From contig CACDKD010000001.1 in NCBI GenBank assembly GCA_902553145.1, positions 89,786-153,785 on the forward strand: a stretch of 64,000 nucleotides of DNA. Direction: 5' to 3'. This DNA is from an uncultured Gammaproteobacteria bacterium (GTDB taxonomy: Bacteria; Pseudomonadota; Gammaproteobacteria; Steroidobacterales; UBA11654). Shown piece after piece: positions 28,572 through 39,383 of this stretch. Under the pieces are notes generated by a model. The model was not told the DNA's origin and ran no database searches. It saw nothing but the letters and a program-made list of their open reading frames with translations. The position numbers were made by a program, and so were the translations under genes. Position 1 is the stretch's first letter; the number at the start of each line of letters is the position of its first letter.

Positions 28572-28737
28572 TTGCCCCCCTTCAGACAGGGCAGTTAAAT
28601 TGAGTTGGTAACAGAAGAACTAATTATGAGATAAACGACTCCGTTTCTTCAGCTTCCGCTTACTTGCGTCTCACTATGGTTTTGAACCAAATATTTGTTT
28701 TGCGCGTTGTGGAAATTAACCAACATACTTAATAATA
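28572..28737 (-). ncRNA. Candidate structured 5' leader (cis-regulatory RNA) of the TonB receptor operon
   Basis: -10 TATTAT at 28737-28732. Nested stems GTGAGA/TCTCAT, CGC/GCG, AAACG/CGTTT, TGGTT/AACCA, GTTGGT/ACCAAC, and TGCCCT/GGGGCA just before the SD. Confidence 0.45.
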
Positions 28738-28836
28738 CAAGGGAACAAAATTCCAATCAATCGATCTTTATATTTAAAGGCTTATATTTTCTTAAAAAAG
28801 AAAGATATAATTTTGAAAAAGATACGAGGGTTTTTC

Positions 28837-30195
28837 TTGGCCGCAAAAAACATGGAAGAATTAGTCTCTCTCTGTAAAAGGAGAGGTTTTGTATTTCAGT
28901 CAGGAGAAGTATATGGGGGCCTTCAGGGTGTTTATGATTATGGGCCTTTGGGCGTTGAGTTAAAAAACAACCTAAAAAACTCTTGGTGGAGCTCAATGGT
29001 TTATGAAAGAGATGACATAGAAGGGCTTGATGCATCCATACTATCCAAACAAGAGCTTTTCAGGTATTCAGGGCACGAAGAAACTTTTTCAGACCCATTG
29101 GTGGATTGCAGGTCGTGTAAATCTAGATGGAGAGAAGATTTAGTTAAAGATGGAAAATGTCTGTCGTGCGGCTCAACAGACCTAACAGAGGCAAGAGCTT
29201 TTAATTTGATGTTTAGAACACCTATGGGTCCTGTTGAAAACGAAGAAAGTTTTGCATATCTAAGGCCTGAGACCGCTCAACATATTTTTACAAGCTTTAA
29301 AAACGTTCAAGACTCGACATCTAGACAGATACCATTCGGAATAGCTCAAATTGGTAAAGCATTCAGAAATGAAATCAATCCGAGAAATTTTATTTTCAGG
29401 TTGAGAGAGTTTGAACAAATGGAGTTGGAATATTTTGTAAGGCCCGGTGACGATGAGGCTGCACTGGATTATTGGAGAGATCAAAGATTAAGGTGGTGGG
29501 AAGACCAAGGTATCGAGCCTTCCAGTCTTGAGATTTATGATGTCCCAGAATCTGATCTGGCACATTATTCTAAAAGAACACTTGATATTATGTACCGCTT
29601 TCCTCATGGTCTAGAAGAGCTTGAAGGCATTGCGAATAGAACAGACTTTGATCTCGGTTCTCATACAAAAAATCAACGGGGTCTCGGTTTGGTTTCTGAA
29701 ACAAAGAAGAATGACGAGTCAACTATGAGGCTGGCTGTTCAAGACATTGAGGCTAAAAAATGGTACGTCCCATATGTAATAGAGCCCTCTGCTGGAGTCG
29801 ATAGGGGTGTTTTAGCGGTATTAAATGAAGCCTATACCGTTGAAGAATTAGGCGAAGGAAAAGAAAGGGTTGTATTAAGGCTAAAGTCACACCTCTCGCC
29901 GATTAAAGCTGCAGTAATACCTCTCAAGAAAAACAAAGAGGCGCTTGTTGGGCTCGCAAAAGAAATCAAATCAAGCCTTCAATCGATGGGTAAAGGCAGG
30001 GTGTTTTTAGAAAATACCGGAAATATTGGAAAAGCCTACCGAAGACATGATGAGGTTGGAACTCCGGTGTGTATTACTGTTGACTTTGGTAGTCTCGAGA
30101 ATGGAACAGTTACACTAAGAGATAGGGATACTATGGAGCAGCGCACAGTAGCGATTTCTGACTTGAACCAACTGTACTTAGATTCCTTAAAGTAA
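28837..30195 (+). CDS. glyQS: Glycine--tRNA ligase, homodimeric alpha2 type
   Basis: LCKRRGF, YDYGPLG, LRPETAQ, FRNEI, REFEQME, IEPSAG and [15 protein letters not shown] 28837 has a GAGG SD; TATAAT at 28806-28811. Confidence 0.95.
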   Translation: MAAKNMEELVSLCKRRGFVFQSGEVYGGLQGVYDYGPLGVELKNNLKNSWWSSMVYERDDIEGLDASILSKQELFRYSGHEETFSDPLVDCRSCKSRWREDLVKDGKCLSCGSTDLTEARAFNLMFRTPMGPVENEESFAYLRPETAQHIFTSFKNVQDSTSRQIPFGIAQIGKAFRNEINPRNFIFRLREFEQMELEYFVRPGDDEAALDYWRDQRLRWWEDQGIEPSSLEIYDVPESDLAHYSKRTLDIMYRFPHGLEELEGIANRTDFDLGSHTKNQRGLGLVSETKKNDESTMRLAVQDIEAKKWYVPYVIEPSAGVDRGVLAVLNEAYTVEELGEGKERVVLRLKSHLSPIKAAVIPLKKNKEALVGLAKEIKSSLQSMGKGRVFLENTGNIGKAYRRHDEVGTPVCITVDFGSLENGTVTLRDRDTMEQRTVAISDLNQLYLDSLK

Positions 30196-30202
30196 GCGAG
30201 AA

Positions 30203-30898
30203 ATGGTCTATCTCAGATCAATACTATATACAGGCTGTATGTTTTTGAGTTTTTTAGTATTGGCAAGCATAGCTTTGCTGCCATTTTTAGGTCACAAACA
30301 AAGATGGTCGATTGCTAAAACATGGGGCGAGATAAATATATATCTATGCGAGAAATTGTGTGGTCTCAAATATCAGATTAAAGGCCTAGAAAACATTCCC
30401 AGGGAGAAATGTGTACTATTCGTTAAACACTCTTCAGTCTATGAAATATTTGTATTGTTAAAACACTTCAGTCCTTCTTCCTGGGTGGGGAAATATGAGC
30501 TCATGTATCTTCCAATATTTAGGGGTGTGTTTAAGAAATTTAAATTAATTCCTGTGAAGAGAGGCAGAGGTTCAGAAGAAGTGATAAAAGTAAAAGAGAT
30601 GGGTAAAGAGCGTCTTAGCACAGGAAACTGGATAATAATATTCCCTGAAGGTACAAGGATGGAATATAACAAATCTAAAAAATATGGTCTATCTGGTTCA
30701 ATTTTAGCTAAGGAAACAGGATCAATGGTGTTACCTATATCGCATAACAGCGGGAAATATTGGAAAAGAAGAGGGTTGGTTAAAAAACAGGGGATTATAT
30801 CCTTTGTGATTGGAGAAGCTTTTAGTACAAATAATATGTCATTAGATGAAATAAATAAGGTTGCCAGAGAGTGGATAGATCAAAACGTTAGTGTTTGA
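30203..30898 (+). CDS. plsC: 1-acyl-sn-glycerol-3-phosphate acyltransferase
   Basis: KHSSVYE (HxxxxD/E) and FPEGTR; convergent on gyrB. Confidence 0.85.
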   Translation: MVYLRSILYTGCMFLSFLVLASIALLPFLGHKQRWSIAKTWGEINIYLCEKLCGLKYQIKGLENIPREKCVLFVKHSSVYEIFVLLKHFSPSSWVGKYELMYLPIFRGVFKKFKLIPVKRGRGSEEVIKVKEMGKERLSTGNWIIIFPEGTRMEYNKSKKYGLSGSILAKETGSMVLPISHNSGKYWKRRGLVKKQGIISFVIGEAFSTNNMSLDEINKVAREWIDQNVSV

Positions 30899-30950
30899 TT
30901 TCTACGGTTATTGATATATTTTCTAGCTATTATATGTATGTTTCTAGGGG

Positions 30951-33383
<2,433 letters not shown>

Positions 33384-33405
33384 CTAAACGTTTTTTGTAG
33401 CCACC

Positions 33406-33414
33406 ATTATAACA
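33406..33414 (-). promoter_or_regulatory. Perfect extended -10 promoter (TG-t-TATAAT) for gyrB
   Basis: TGTTATAAT on the minus strand in the recF-gyrB gap, 28 nt upstream of the gyrB ATG. Confidence 0.65.
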
Positions 33415-33418
33415 AATT

Positions 33419-34474
33419 TCAACAATTATACTGCTTTGGCCGTATTGTTTTCGCGGTCAACATTTCTTTTATTTTGTGGTGATTTAATGCTGTTATAAGT
33501 GATTGATTTTTAAGGTTTTTTATATATTCACTGATTCTAACTAGTGCATCCTCATCTAGTCCTGATTCAAGCTCGTCTATTAACAGTAATGGTAGTGCGC
33601 CAGTTTTTTTCTCGATCAGGTTTGAAACCCCAAATGAAACAGTGAGTGACATTTGCTTTTCTTCGCCTTTAGAGCTAAATTTCTTTGCTGGCTTTCCGTC
33701 TAGGGTAACGAGCATGTCTGCCCTGTGTGGCCCTCCCATTGTTCTCTTAGCAGCAACATCTCTTTTTATGTTTTTTTCAAGGTAGTCTGATAGTTTTCCC
33801 TCTCCCCAACCACACCTGAACTCAATCTTAATTTCTCTCTTTGAGATTTCTTTTTGTATTAGAGAAAGCTCAAGCTGGAGCTCTTCTATAAAGCTTTTTC
33901 TGTTTTCTGTTATTTTTTCTCCCTCTTTTGATATCGTTTTATCCCATGTTTTAACCACATTTATGGTATCGCCGTTTTTAATTGCTCGGTTTCTCTGCTT
34001 TATTGCTTTTTGCAGTCTTCTGTAGCTTTCTGCATGTTCTGGTTCCACGTGGAACGCTGAACGGTCTATCAGCCTTCTTCTATAATCCGGTGATTCTGAT
34101 GCAATTTTTTCAATGCTGGAGTCAATTAAACAAACTGGAGTGTTGAGATAGGCATCCCTTATAGTGGTTTTTTTGTTATCAGTTAAGTGCTTTTTGTCAT
34201 TATTTGTGGAGGAGAATTTATATGTGGTTGTGTTGCCACGGCGATCAATGGCTTTTGACTCTACTGAGAAAAGTCCTTCGTTATTTCTTGATAGCTCCCT
34301 TCCGGCCCTGGTGAATGAGTTAAGCGGGGTTCCGAGCATTGAGACATAAACAGACTCAAGCAATGACGTTTTACCGTCACCGTTATTCCCAAGAACAAGG
34401 TTAATGTTTGAAAACTCATGCTCATCGTCCTGCAGGCCTCTAAAGCTGCTATGTGTGTTGCTGACTAGCCTCAA
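33419..34474 (-). CDS. recF: DNA replication/repair protein RecF
   Basis: GNNGDGKTSLLE, GPHRAD, SKGEEK and LLLIDE; lies between dnaN and gyrB. Confidence 0.93.
   Translation of the reverse strand: MRLVSNTHSSFRGLQDDEHEFSNINLVLGNNGDGKTSLLESVYVSMLGTPLNSFTRAGRELSRNNEGLFSVESKAIDRRGNTTTYKFSSTNNDKKHLTDNKKTTIRDAYLNTPVCLIDSSIEKIASESPDYRRRLIDRSAFHVEPEHAESYRRLQKAIKQRNRAIKNGDTINVVKTWDKTISKEGEKITENRKSFIEELQLELSLIQKEISKREIKIEFRCGWGEGKLSDYLEKNIKRDVAAKRTMGGPHRADMLVTLDGKPAKKFSSKGEEKQMSLTVSFGVSNLIEKKTGALPLLLIDELESGLDEDALVRISEYIKNLKNQSLITALNHHKIKEMLTAKTIRPKQYNC
34041..34056. promoter_or_regulatory. parS: parS centromere-like site within recF
   Basis: gGTTCCACGTGGAACg, a perfect 14-bp palindrome core matching the TGTTNCACGTGAAACA-type consensus; parAB is in the window. 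Confidence 0.8.
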
Positions 34475-35569
34475 CTAAAGCCTCATGGGCATAACAACAT
34501 ATTTTGTGTTTGGGTCACTTGGGTCTGTAATAAGTGCGCTAGTGTTTTCATCGTTCACGCCCAAAGTTACAAGATCGCCAGAGCATGCGTTAACAGCATC
34601 TATCAGATATGAAACATTAAAGCCAATAGAAAGCTTAACGTTTGTATCATCTATGTCTATGTCCTCAACCGCTTGTTCTTGTTCAGGGTTTTCTGACGAA
34701 ATTATAATTTTGTTATTATCTATATCGATTCTTACCCCTCTAAATTTTTCGTTTGCCAAAATTGAGACGCGCTGAAGGGCAGGTTTGAGTATTTTAGTTT
34801 CTAATATAATGTTGGTTGTCGTTTCTGGTGGTATAACTCTATTGTAATCTGGGAACGTTCCGTCAATAAGTTTTGTCGTTAATGAAACCTGTGAAAATGA
34901 AAAGCTTGCCTGGTTGTCAACAAGCGAGACTTTGCATTCTTTTTCGTCTGAAAGCGATCTTGTAAGCTCTTGTATCGCTTTTCTAGGAACAATGCAGCTT
35001 TGTTCTGTTATGTTTTTTTTATCAAGTGTTGTGCTTGTTTTAGCAAGCCTGTGTCCGTCTGTCCCGACAACATTGAGTGACTCCGGGTTAATTTCTAATA
35101 AAAGCCCATTAAGATAAAACCTGACGTCCTGTTGTGCCATTGCAAACTGTGTTTTATTAAATATATCTGAAAGAGTTTGCTGTTTTATACTAAATGTTTG
35201 ATCGCCCTCTGTGTTGTCAAACAATGGAAACTCGTTGCTTGGTAGCTGTTGAAGGGAAAACTTACTTTTTGCTGTTTTGAGAAGTATTGTGTCATTATCA
35301 GAAGACAATTCAATTTCTGTGTTGCCCAAGGATCTAAGTATGTCGAAAAGCTTTCTCCCGGGTAATGTTATTAGGAAATCTTCTGATATGTTTGCCTTAA
35401 ATTTACTAGATATTTGAACCTCTAGGTCTGTAGCTGTGATTGTTATTTCTCCTGAGTTGCCTGAGATGAGAACGTGTCCCAAGATTGGCATAGTTTGTTT
35501 TCTGTCTACAACTCCAACCACATTTGACAAGTGGTTAACAAACTCTTCTGTATTAATTATAATATTCAT
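34475..35569 (-). CDS. dnaN: DNA polymerase III beta clamp
   Basis: ATDLE, QDVRFYLNG, GTDGHRL, FPDY and VVMPMRL. Confidence 0.98.
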   Translation of the reverse strand: MNIIINTEEFVNHLSNVVGVVDRKQTMPILGHVLISGNSGEITITATDLEVQISSKFKANISEDFLITLPGRKLFDILRSLGNTEIELSSDNDTILLKTAKSKFSLQQLPSNEFPLFDNTEGDQTFSIKQQTLSDIFNKTQFAMAQQDVRFYLNGLLLEINPESLNVVGTDGHRLAKTSTTLDKKNITEQSCIVPRKAIQELTRSLSDEKECKVSLVDNQASFSFSQVSLTTKLIDGTFPDYNRVIPPETTTNIILETKILKPALQRVSILANEKFRGVRIDIDNNKIIISSENPEQEQAVEDIDIDDTNVKLSIGFNVSYLIDAVNACSGDLVTLGVNDENTSALITDPSDPNTKYVVMPMRL

Positions 35570-35747
35570 TTATTTATGTATTTATTATTATTAGTAATGT
35601 TAATATGTTATTAAATTCTATTTTATTATATATATCATATAGTTAGATAATTAAATTATCAACAACCGTTGATAAAAATAAACCTTTAGCGTATTGATAA
35701 ACTGTGGACAAAAAACAGAACACAATTATATCAACACCTTATTCACA
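35570..35747. other. oriC: Replication origin (oriC) core: AT-rich unwinding element, IHF-like site and DnaA-box cluster
   Basis: Nearly pure A/T at 35570-35655 with TTA repeats. TATCATATAGTTA (IHF-like) 35633-35645. Boxes: TTATCAACA 35656-64, CGTTGATAA 35667-75, TATTGATAA 35692-700, TGTGGACAA 35703-11, ATATCAACA 35728-36, TTATTCACA 35739-47. Confidence 0.8.
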
Positions 35748-37062
35748 ACGTTAACAGCCTAACAACGTTTTTAAAGTCTTCGCTAACGGTTATATCACTA
35801 TCCCTAAGCTCTGCTATTTTTTTACAGGCATGTATTACAGTTGTATGGTCTCTACCGCCAAAACTATCGCCTATCTCTGGAAGGCTGAAGGATGTCAGCT
35901 CTTTCGTAACTGCCATTGCCAGCTGTCTAGGACGTGTGATAGAGCGGCTTCTTTTTTTAGAGTGAAGATCAGAAACCCTTATGTTGTAGTATTCTGCCAC
36001 AACCTTTTGTATTGATGCTGTCGTTAATGTCCTGCTCTGCAGTGAAAGGAGATCTTTTAGACAGTCCCTAGCCATTTCAATACTGGGATCTACTCCAGTA
36101 AAACTTGATGTAGCAATTATTTTTCTCAATGCTCCTTCGAGCTCACGGACATTAGATCTTACGTTCTCGCAAATGAAGAACGCAACCTCTTCTGGCAAAA
36201 TAAAGCCTTCTAATTCTGCCTTAACAAGCAATATAGCTACAGATGTCTCCATTTCTGGCGGATCTATTGAAACCGTTAAGCCCCAGCCAAATCTGGATCG
36301 CAATCTTTCTTCCAGCCCCTTGATTTCCTTTGGGAACTTATCACTTGTAATAATAATTTGACTGCCGCTCTCTATAAGGACATTAAAAGTATGGAAGAAC
36401 TCTTCCTGCGACTTTTCCTTACCAGCTAAAAACTGAATATCATCAATTAGGAGCACATCTAACGACCTATAGTCGTTCTTGAAACTGTTCAAACTATTGT
36501 GTTGGATTGCTGATACCATTTCACCAACAAAACGTTCCGAGTGGACATATGCAATCTTCTTGTTTTTCTCTTGCGCAATTATTTCATTGCCAACGCTTTG
36601 CATGAGGTGTGTTTTTCCAAGGCCAACCCCTCCATAAATGAAAAAAGGGTTGTAAGACTGTCCTGGGTTTTCAGCAATCTGCAAAGCCGCAGCACGCGCT
36701 ATTTGATTGCTCTTGCCACCAACAAAATTTTCAAATGTATAATGCTTGTTCAGCATAGAGCCTGTAATTTTCAACTTTTTATGATTGGCGCTTATGTTGT
36801 TGTCATCTATAGGTTGTTCGTCACCAACCAGTATCGAGACCGAGGTAGTTTGTCCCCCAGCCTCTTGGGCTATGGTTTTTATTCTGTTAAGATAGTTTTT
36901 TTCAACCCAATCAACCACAAACTTATTTGGCGCAAAAAGCATTATCGTGTCCGAATGCTCGTCTCTGCTGTAAATTAGTGGTCTAATCCATGTATTAAAC
37001 TGAGATTCTGAAAGGTCCGTCTTAAGCTCATTTAAGCACTGATCCCAGACGGTTTTTTCCAT
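35743..37062 (-). CDS. dnaA: Chromosomal replication initiator DnaA
   Basis: FNTWIRPL, YNPFFIYGGVGLGKTHL, LLIDDIQF, NVRELEGAL and GGRDHTTVIHA. ATG 37062 (MEKTVWDQCL) is the likely start. Confidence 0.99.
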   Translation of the reverse strand: MEKTVWDQCLNELKTDLSESQFNTWIRPLIYSRDEHSDTIMLFAPNKFVVDWVEKNYLNRIKTIAQEAGGQTTSVSILVGDEQPIDDNNISANHKKLKITGSMLNKHYTFENFVGGKSNQIARAAALQIAENPGQSYNPFFIYGGVGLGKTHLMQSVGNEIIAQEKNKKIAYVHSERFVGEMVSAIQHNSLNSFKNDYRSLDVLLIDDIQFLAGKEKSQEEFFHTFNVLIESGSQIIITSDKFPKEIKGLEERLRSRFGWGLTVSIDPPEMETSVAILLVKAELEGFILPEEVAFFICENVRSNVRELEGALRKIIATSSFTGVDPSIEMARDCLKDLLSLQSRTLTTASIQKVVAEYYNIRVSDLHSKKRSRSITRPRQLAMAVTKELTSFSLPEIGDSFGGRDHTTVIHACKKIAELRDSDITVSEDFKNVVRLLTL

Positions 37063-37145
37063 TATATTTTCTCTCAAAAAACGATTAGTTTTAGCGGTGT
37101 TTTGTGTCAAACACAGAATACGAATACTATACCCATATTTTAAAC

Positions 37146-37154
37146 TTATCCACA
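37146..37154 (+). promoter_or_regulatory. Perfect DnaA box in the dnaA/rpmH intergenic region
   Basis: TTATCCACA. Confidence 0.85.
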
Positions 37155-37167
37155 GGTTGTTTATTTG

Positions 37168-37196
37168 TTGACATAATTTGTTTTGTTAAATAACCT
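37168..37196 (+). promoter_or_regulatory. Putative sigma70 promoter for rpmH (TTGACA-17 nt-TAACCT)
   Basis: Consensus -35 with a 17-nt spacer. Confidence 0.55.
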
Positions 37197-37253
37197 TTGC
37201 AACCCAAATTAAAATTTCTATCATATTGTTTTTAAATAAAGTTTTTATATCTA

Positions 37254-37388
37254 ATGAAAAGAACCTATCAACCAAGCAACATTAAAAGAAAACGGACTCA
37301 CGGTTTCCGTTCGCGCATGTCAACAAAAGCTGGAAGGCTGGTTATTAACAGACGTCGAGCTAAGGGCAGAAAAAAACTTTCTGTATAG
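37254..37388 (+). CDS. rpmH: 50S ribosomal protein L34 (absent from the ORF track)
   Basis: Hand translation [44 protein letters not shown]. Confidence 0.98.
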   Translation: MKRTYQPSNIKRKRTHGFRSRMSTKAGRLVINRRRAKGRKKLSV

Positions 37389-37391
37389 AGC

Positions 37392-37718
37392 TTGATAACC
37401 TCAAGCAATATCAATTTTGATCGAGTTATAAAGAATGGGAAGCCCCTTTCCTCAAAATACTACACCCTTTATTACACCCTTAACGATGAACAAGACAGCC
37501 GGCTAGGAATAAGTTTACCGAAATCAACCATCCCGAAAGCACACGACAGAAATAGGCTAAAAAGAATTATAAGAAACACCATGTTAGGCTTAAAAAGTGA
37601 AAACATAGACATCGTGTTCCTTTTAAAAAAGAATCTTGATCAATATTCAATAAACGATGATATGATTGTCCGCAAACACCTCCTCAAAGACATTAAAACT
37701 ATTTTATTGGATACCTAA
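37392..37718 (+). CDS. rnpA: Ribonuclease P protein component
   Basis: RLGIS and AHDRNRLKRIIR (RNR motif); follows rpmH. Confidence 0.92.
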   Translation: MITSSNINFDRVIKNGKPLSSKYYTLYYTLNDEQDSRLGISLPKSTIPKAHDRNRLKRIIRNTMLGLKSENIDIVFLLKKNLDQYSINDDMIVRKHLLKDIKTILLDT

Positions 37719-37720
37719 GT

Positions 37721-39376
37721 ATGGAATCAGCAAGGACATTTTTGTGGCTAACCTGCGGCGTCTTAATTATGTTCTTGTTTATTGAGTGGAATGATCAAGG
37801 AAGGGTGCAGCCCCCAGAAACAACACAAGAATCCAGCTTAATGCAGGCACCAGTCGATAGCGCATCTGATCCACAGATTAGCTCAGAATCATTTCAGGAT
37901 GACCTTCCAAGCATTTCTGCCAACAGCGGTGTCATTACCCCAATTACCACTAGCAACAGATCTGAAACCATAATCCTCTCTAACAACGTTCTGTCTATTT
38001 CTGTTGATACCAAGGGAGCAGACATAGTCGCTGCAAAGCTGCTGAAATATTATCCAAGTAAAAACCAACAGGATAAAAACGTAGATCTAATGTATATGAA
38101 TGACACCATTTCTGATTTTCACAGACTACAATCTGGTTTGTTATTAACAAATGGCGCCAAAAGCCCAACACATATTGAAAACTACTCTCTCATATCAAAA
38201 GGAAGAAACAAACTTACTTTTATCTGGGAGTCAGAAACAACCCGCACAACAAAAACACTCACATTAAACCCTGGCAGTTATTTGGTTAATGTCAGTTTCT
38301 CACTAGAAAACATGACAGATGAACAGGTGTCATATATCCCATACTATCAGCTTGTTAAGGACAACGTTGAGTTTGAAAGATCTATGTTTGATGTTGAATC
38401 ATACTCGTTTGATGGTGGAATTATCTTTGACGGAGACAGCTATGAAAAACAGTATGCTGACGACCTAATTGATGAGCCTTATAAGAAAACACATACAAAT
38501 GGTTGGTTTGCAAACATAAGACACCATTTTGTCGTTGCGGTTCTCCCCTCTATGGGAACCGAACATCGTTTTGAGGCAGAGCACGACCAGGCCGCCAACT
38601 TGAATAAACTTACAGCGATATCTAACAGCGCCATAACAACAGGCCCAAAACAAAACACGCAAACAAGTTTTGACATCTTTATTGGGCCAAAGCTACAAAA
38701 TGAGCTTACAAAGGCAAGGGATGGCCTGGAGGTTTCTGTAGACTACGGAATGCTCTCTTTTTTGGCGAAACCAATGTTTTGGGCTCTAAATAAAAGCCAC
38801 TCATTTCTTGGAAACTGGGGCCTTGCAATCATATTCGTGACACTCATGATTAAAGCAGTTTTTTATCGACTCCAAGAATCTTCAAGCAGGTCGATGGCAA
38901 AAATGAGGGAGCTAGCACCAAGACTAAAAGCACTTAATGAGCGATATAAAGACGACAGGACCGCCTTGGGTCAAGCACAGATGGAGCTTTACAAGAGAGA
39001 GAGTGTTAACCCAATGGCAGGTTGTTTGCCCCTCCTAATCCAAATCCCATTTTTTATAGCGTTTTACTGGGTTTTGCTGGAAAGCGTTGAGATAAGACAG
39101 GCTCCGTTTTACTTTTGGCTTGATGACCTCTCATCAAGAGACCCTTATTTTGTGTTGCCTCTTATTATGGGCGTTGTCATGTTCTTTCAGCAAAAGGCAA
39201 ACCCAGCACCAGCAGACCCCGTTCAAGAAAAGGTCTTCATGTTTATGCCGATTATCTTTACATTGCTTTTTGCATGGTTTCCGTCTGGCCTTGTGCTCTA
39301 CTGGGTTACAAACTCATTGCTGCAATTTGCCCAACAGTGGAACGTTAATAGAAAAATGGCAGCCGAAAAAAACTAA
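37721..39376 (+). CDS. yidC: Membrane protein insertase YidC
   Basis: GNWGLAII, NPMAGCLPLLIQIP, DLSSRDPY and GLVLYW. Confidence 0.97.
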   Translation: MESARTFLWLTCGVLIMFLFIEWNDQGRVQPPETTQESSLMQAPVDSASDPQISSESFQDDLPSISANSGVITPITTSNRSETIILSNNVLSISVDTKGADIVAAKLLKYYPSKNQQDKNVDLMYMNDTISDFHRLQSGLLLTNGAKSPTHIENYSLISKGRNKLTFIWESETTRTTKTLTLNPGSYLVNVSFSLENMTDEQVSYIPYYQLVKDNVEFERSMFDVESYSFDGGIIFDGDSYEKQYADDLIDEPYKKTHTNGWFANIRHHFVVAVLPSMGTEHRFEAEHDQAANLNKLTAISNSAITTGPKQNTQTSFDIFIGPKLQNELTKARDGLEVSVDYGMLSFLAKPMFWALNKSHSFLGNWGLAIIFVTLMIKAVFYRLQESSSRSMAKMRELAPRLKALNERYKDDRTALGQAQMELYKRESVNPMAGCLPLLIQIPFFIAFYWVLLESVEIRQAPFYFWLDDLSSRDPYFVLPLIMGVVMFFQQKANPAPADPVQEKVFMFMPIIFTLLFAWFPSGLVLYWVTNSLLQFAQQWNVNRKMAAEKN

Positions 39377-39383
39377 ACCTCTG

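Noticed and set aside
28630..28655. Hammerhead ribozyme (CUGAAGA followed by a stem)
   Set aside because: The required GAAA after stem II and the cleavage-site helix are absent.
28685..28700. Palindrome CAAATATTTG as a transcription-factor operator
   Set aside because: Short and AT-rich, so plausible by chance; it overlaps the proposed RNA hairpin and has no recognisable regulator match.
28558..28740. Cobalamin, TPP, c-di-GMP-I or preQ1 riboswitch upstream of the TonB receptor
   Set aside because: No B12-box/GGGAA core and no TPP CUGAGA...CCUGA core. GACGCAA and UGGUUC occur but without the rest of the c-di-GMP-I or preQ1 consensus.
39120..39383. Long N-terminal extensions given by the ORF track (mnmE 39120; likewise rsmG 48601, dnaA 37110, glyQS 28813, ORF 63493)
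   Set aside because: They overlap upstream genes or promoters and lack family similarity; downstream starts fit homologues and SD/-10 signals better.
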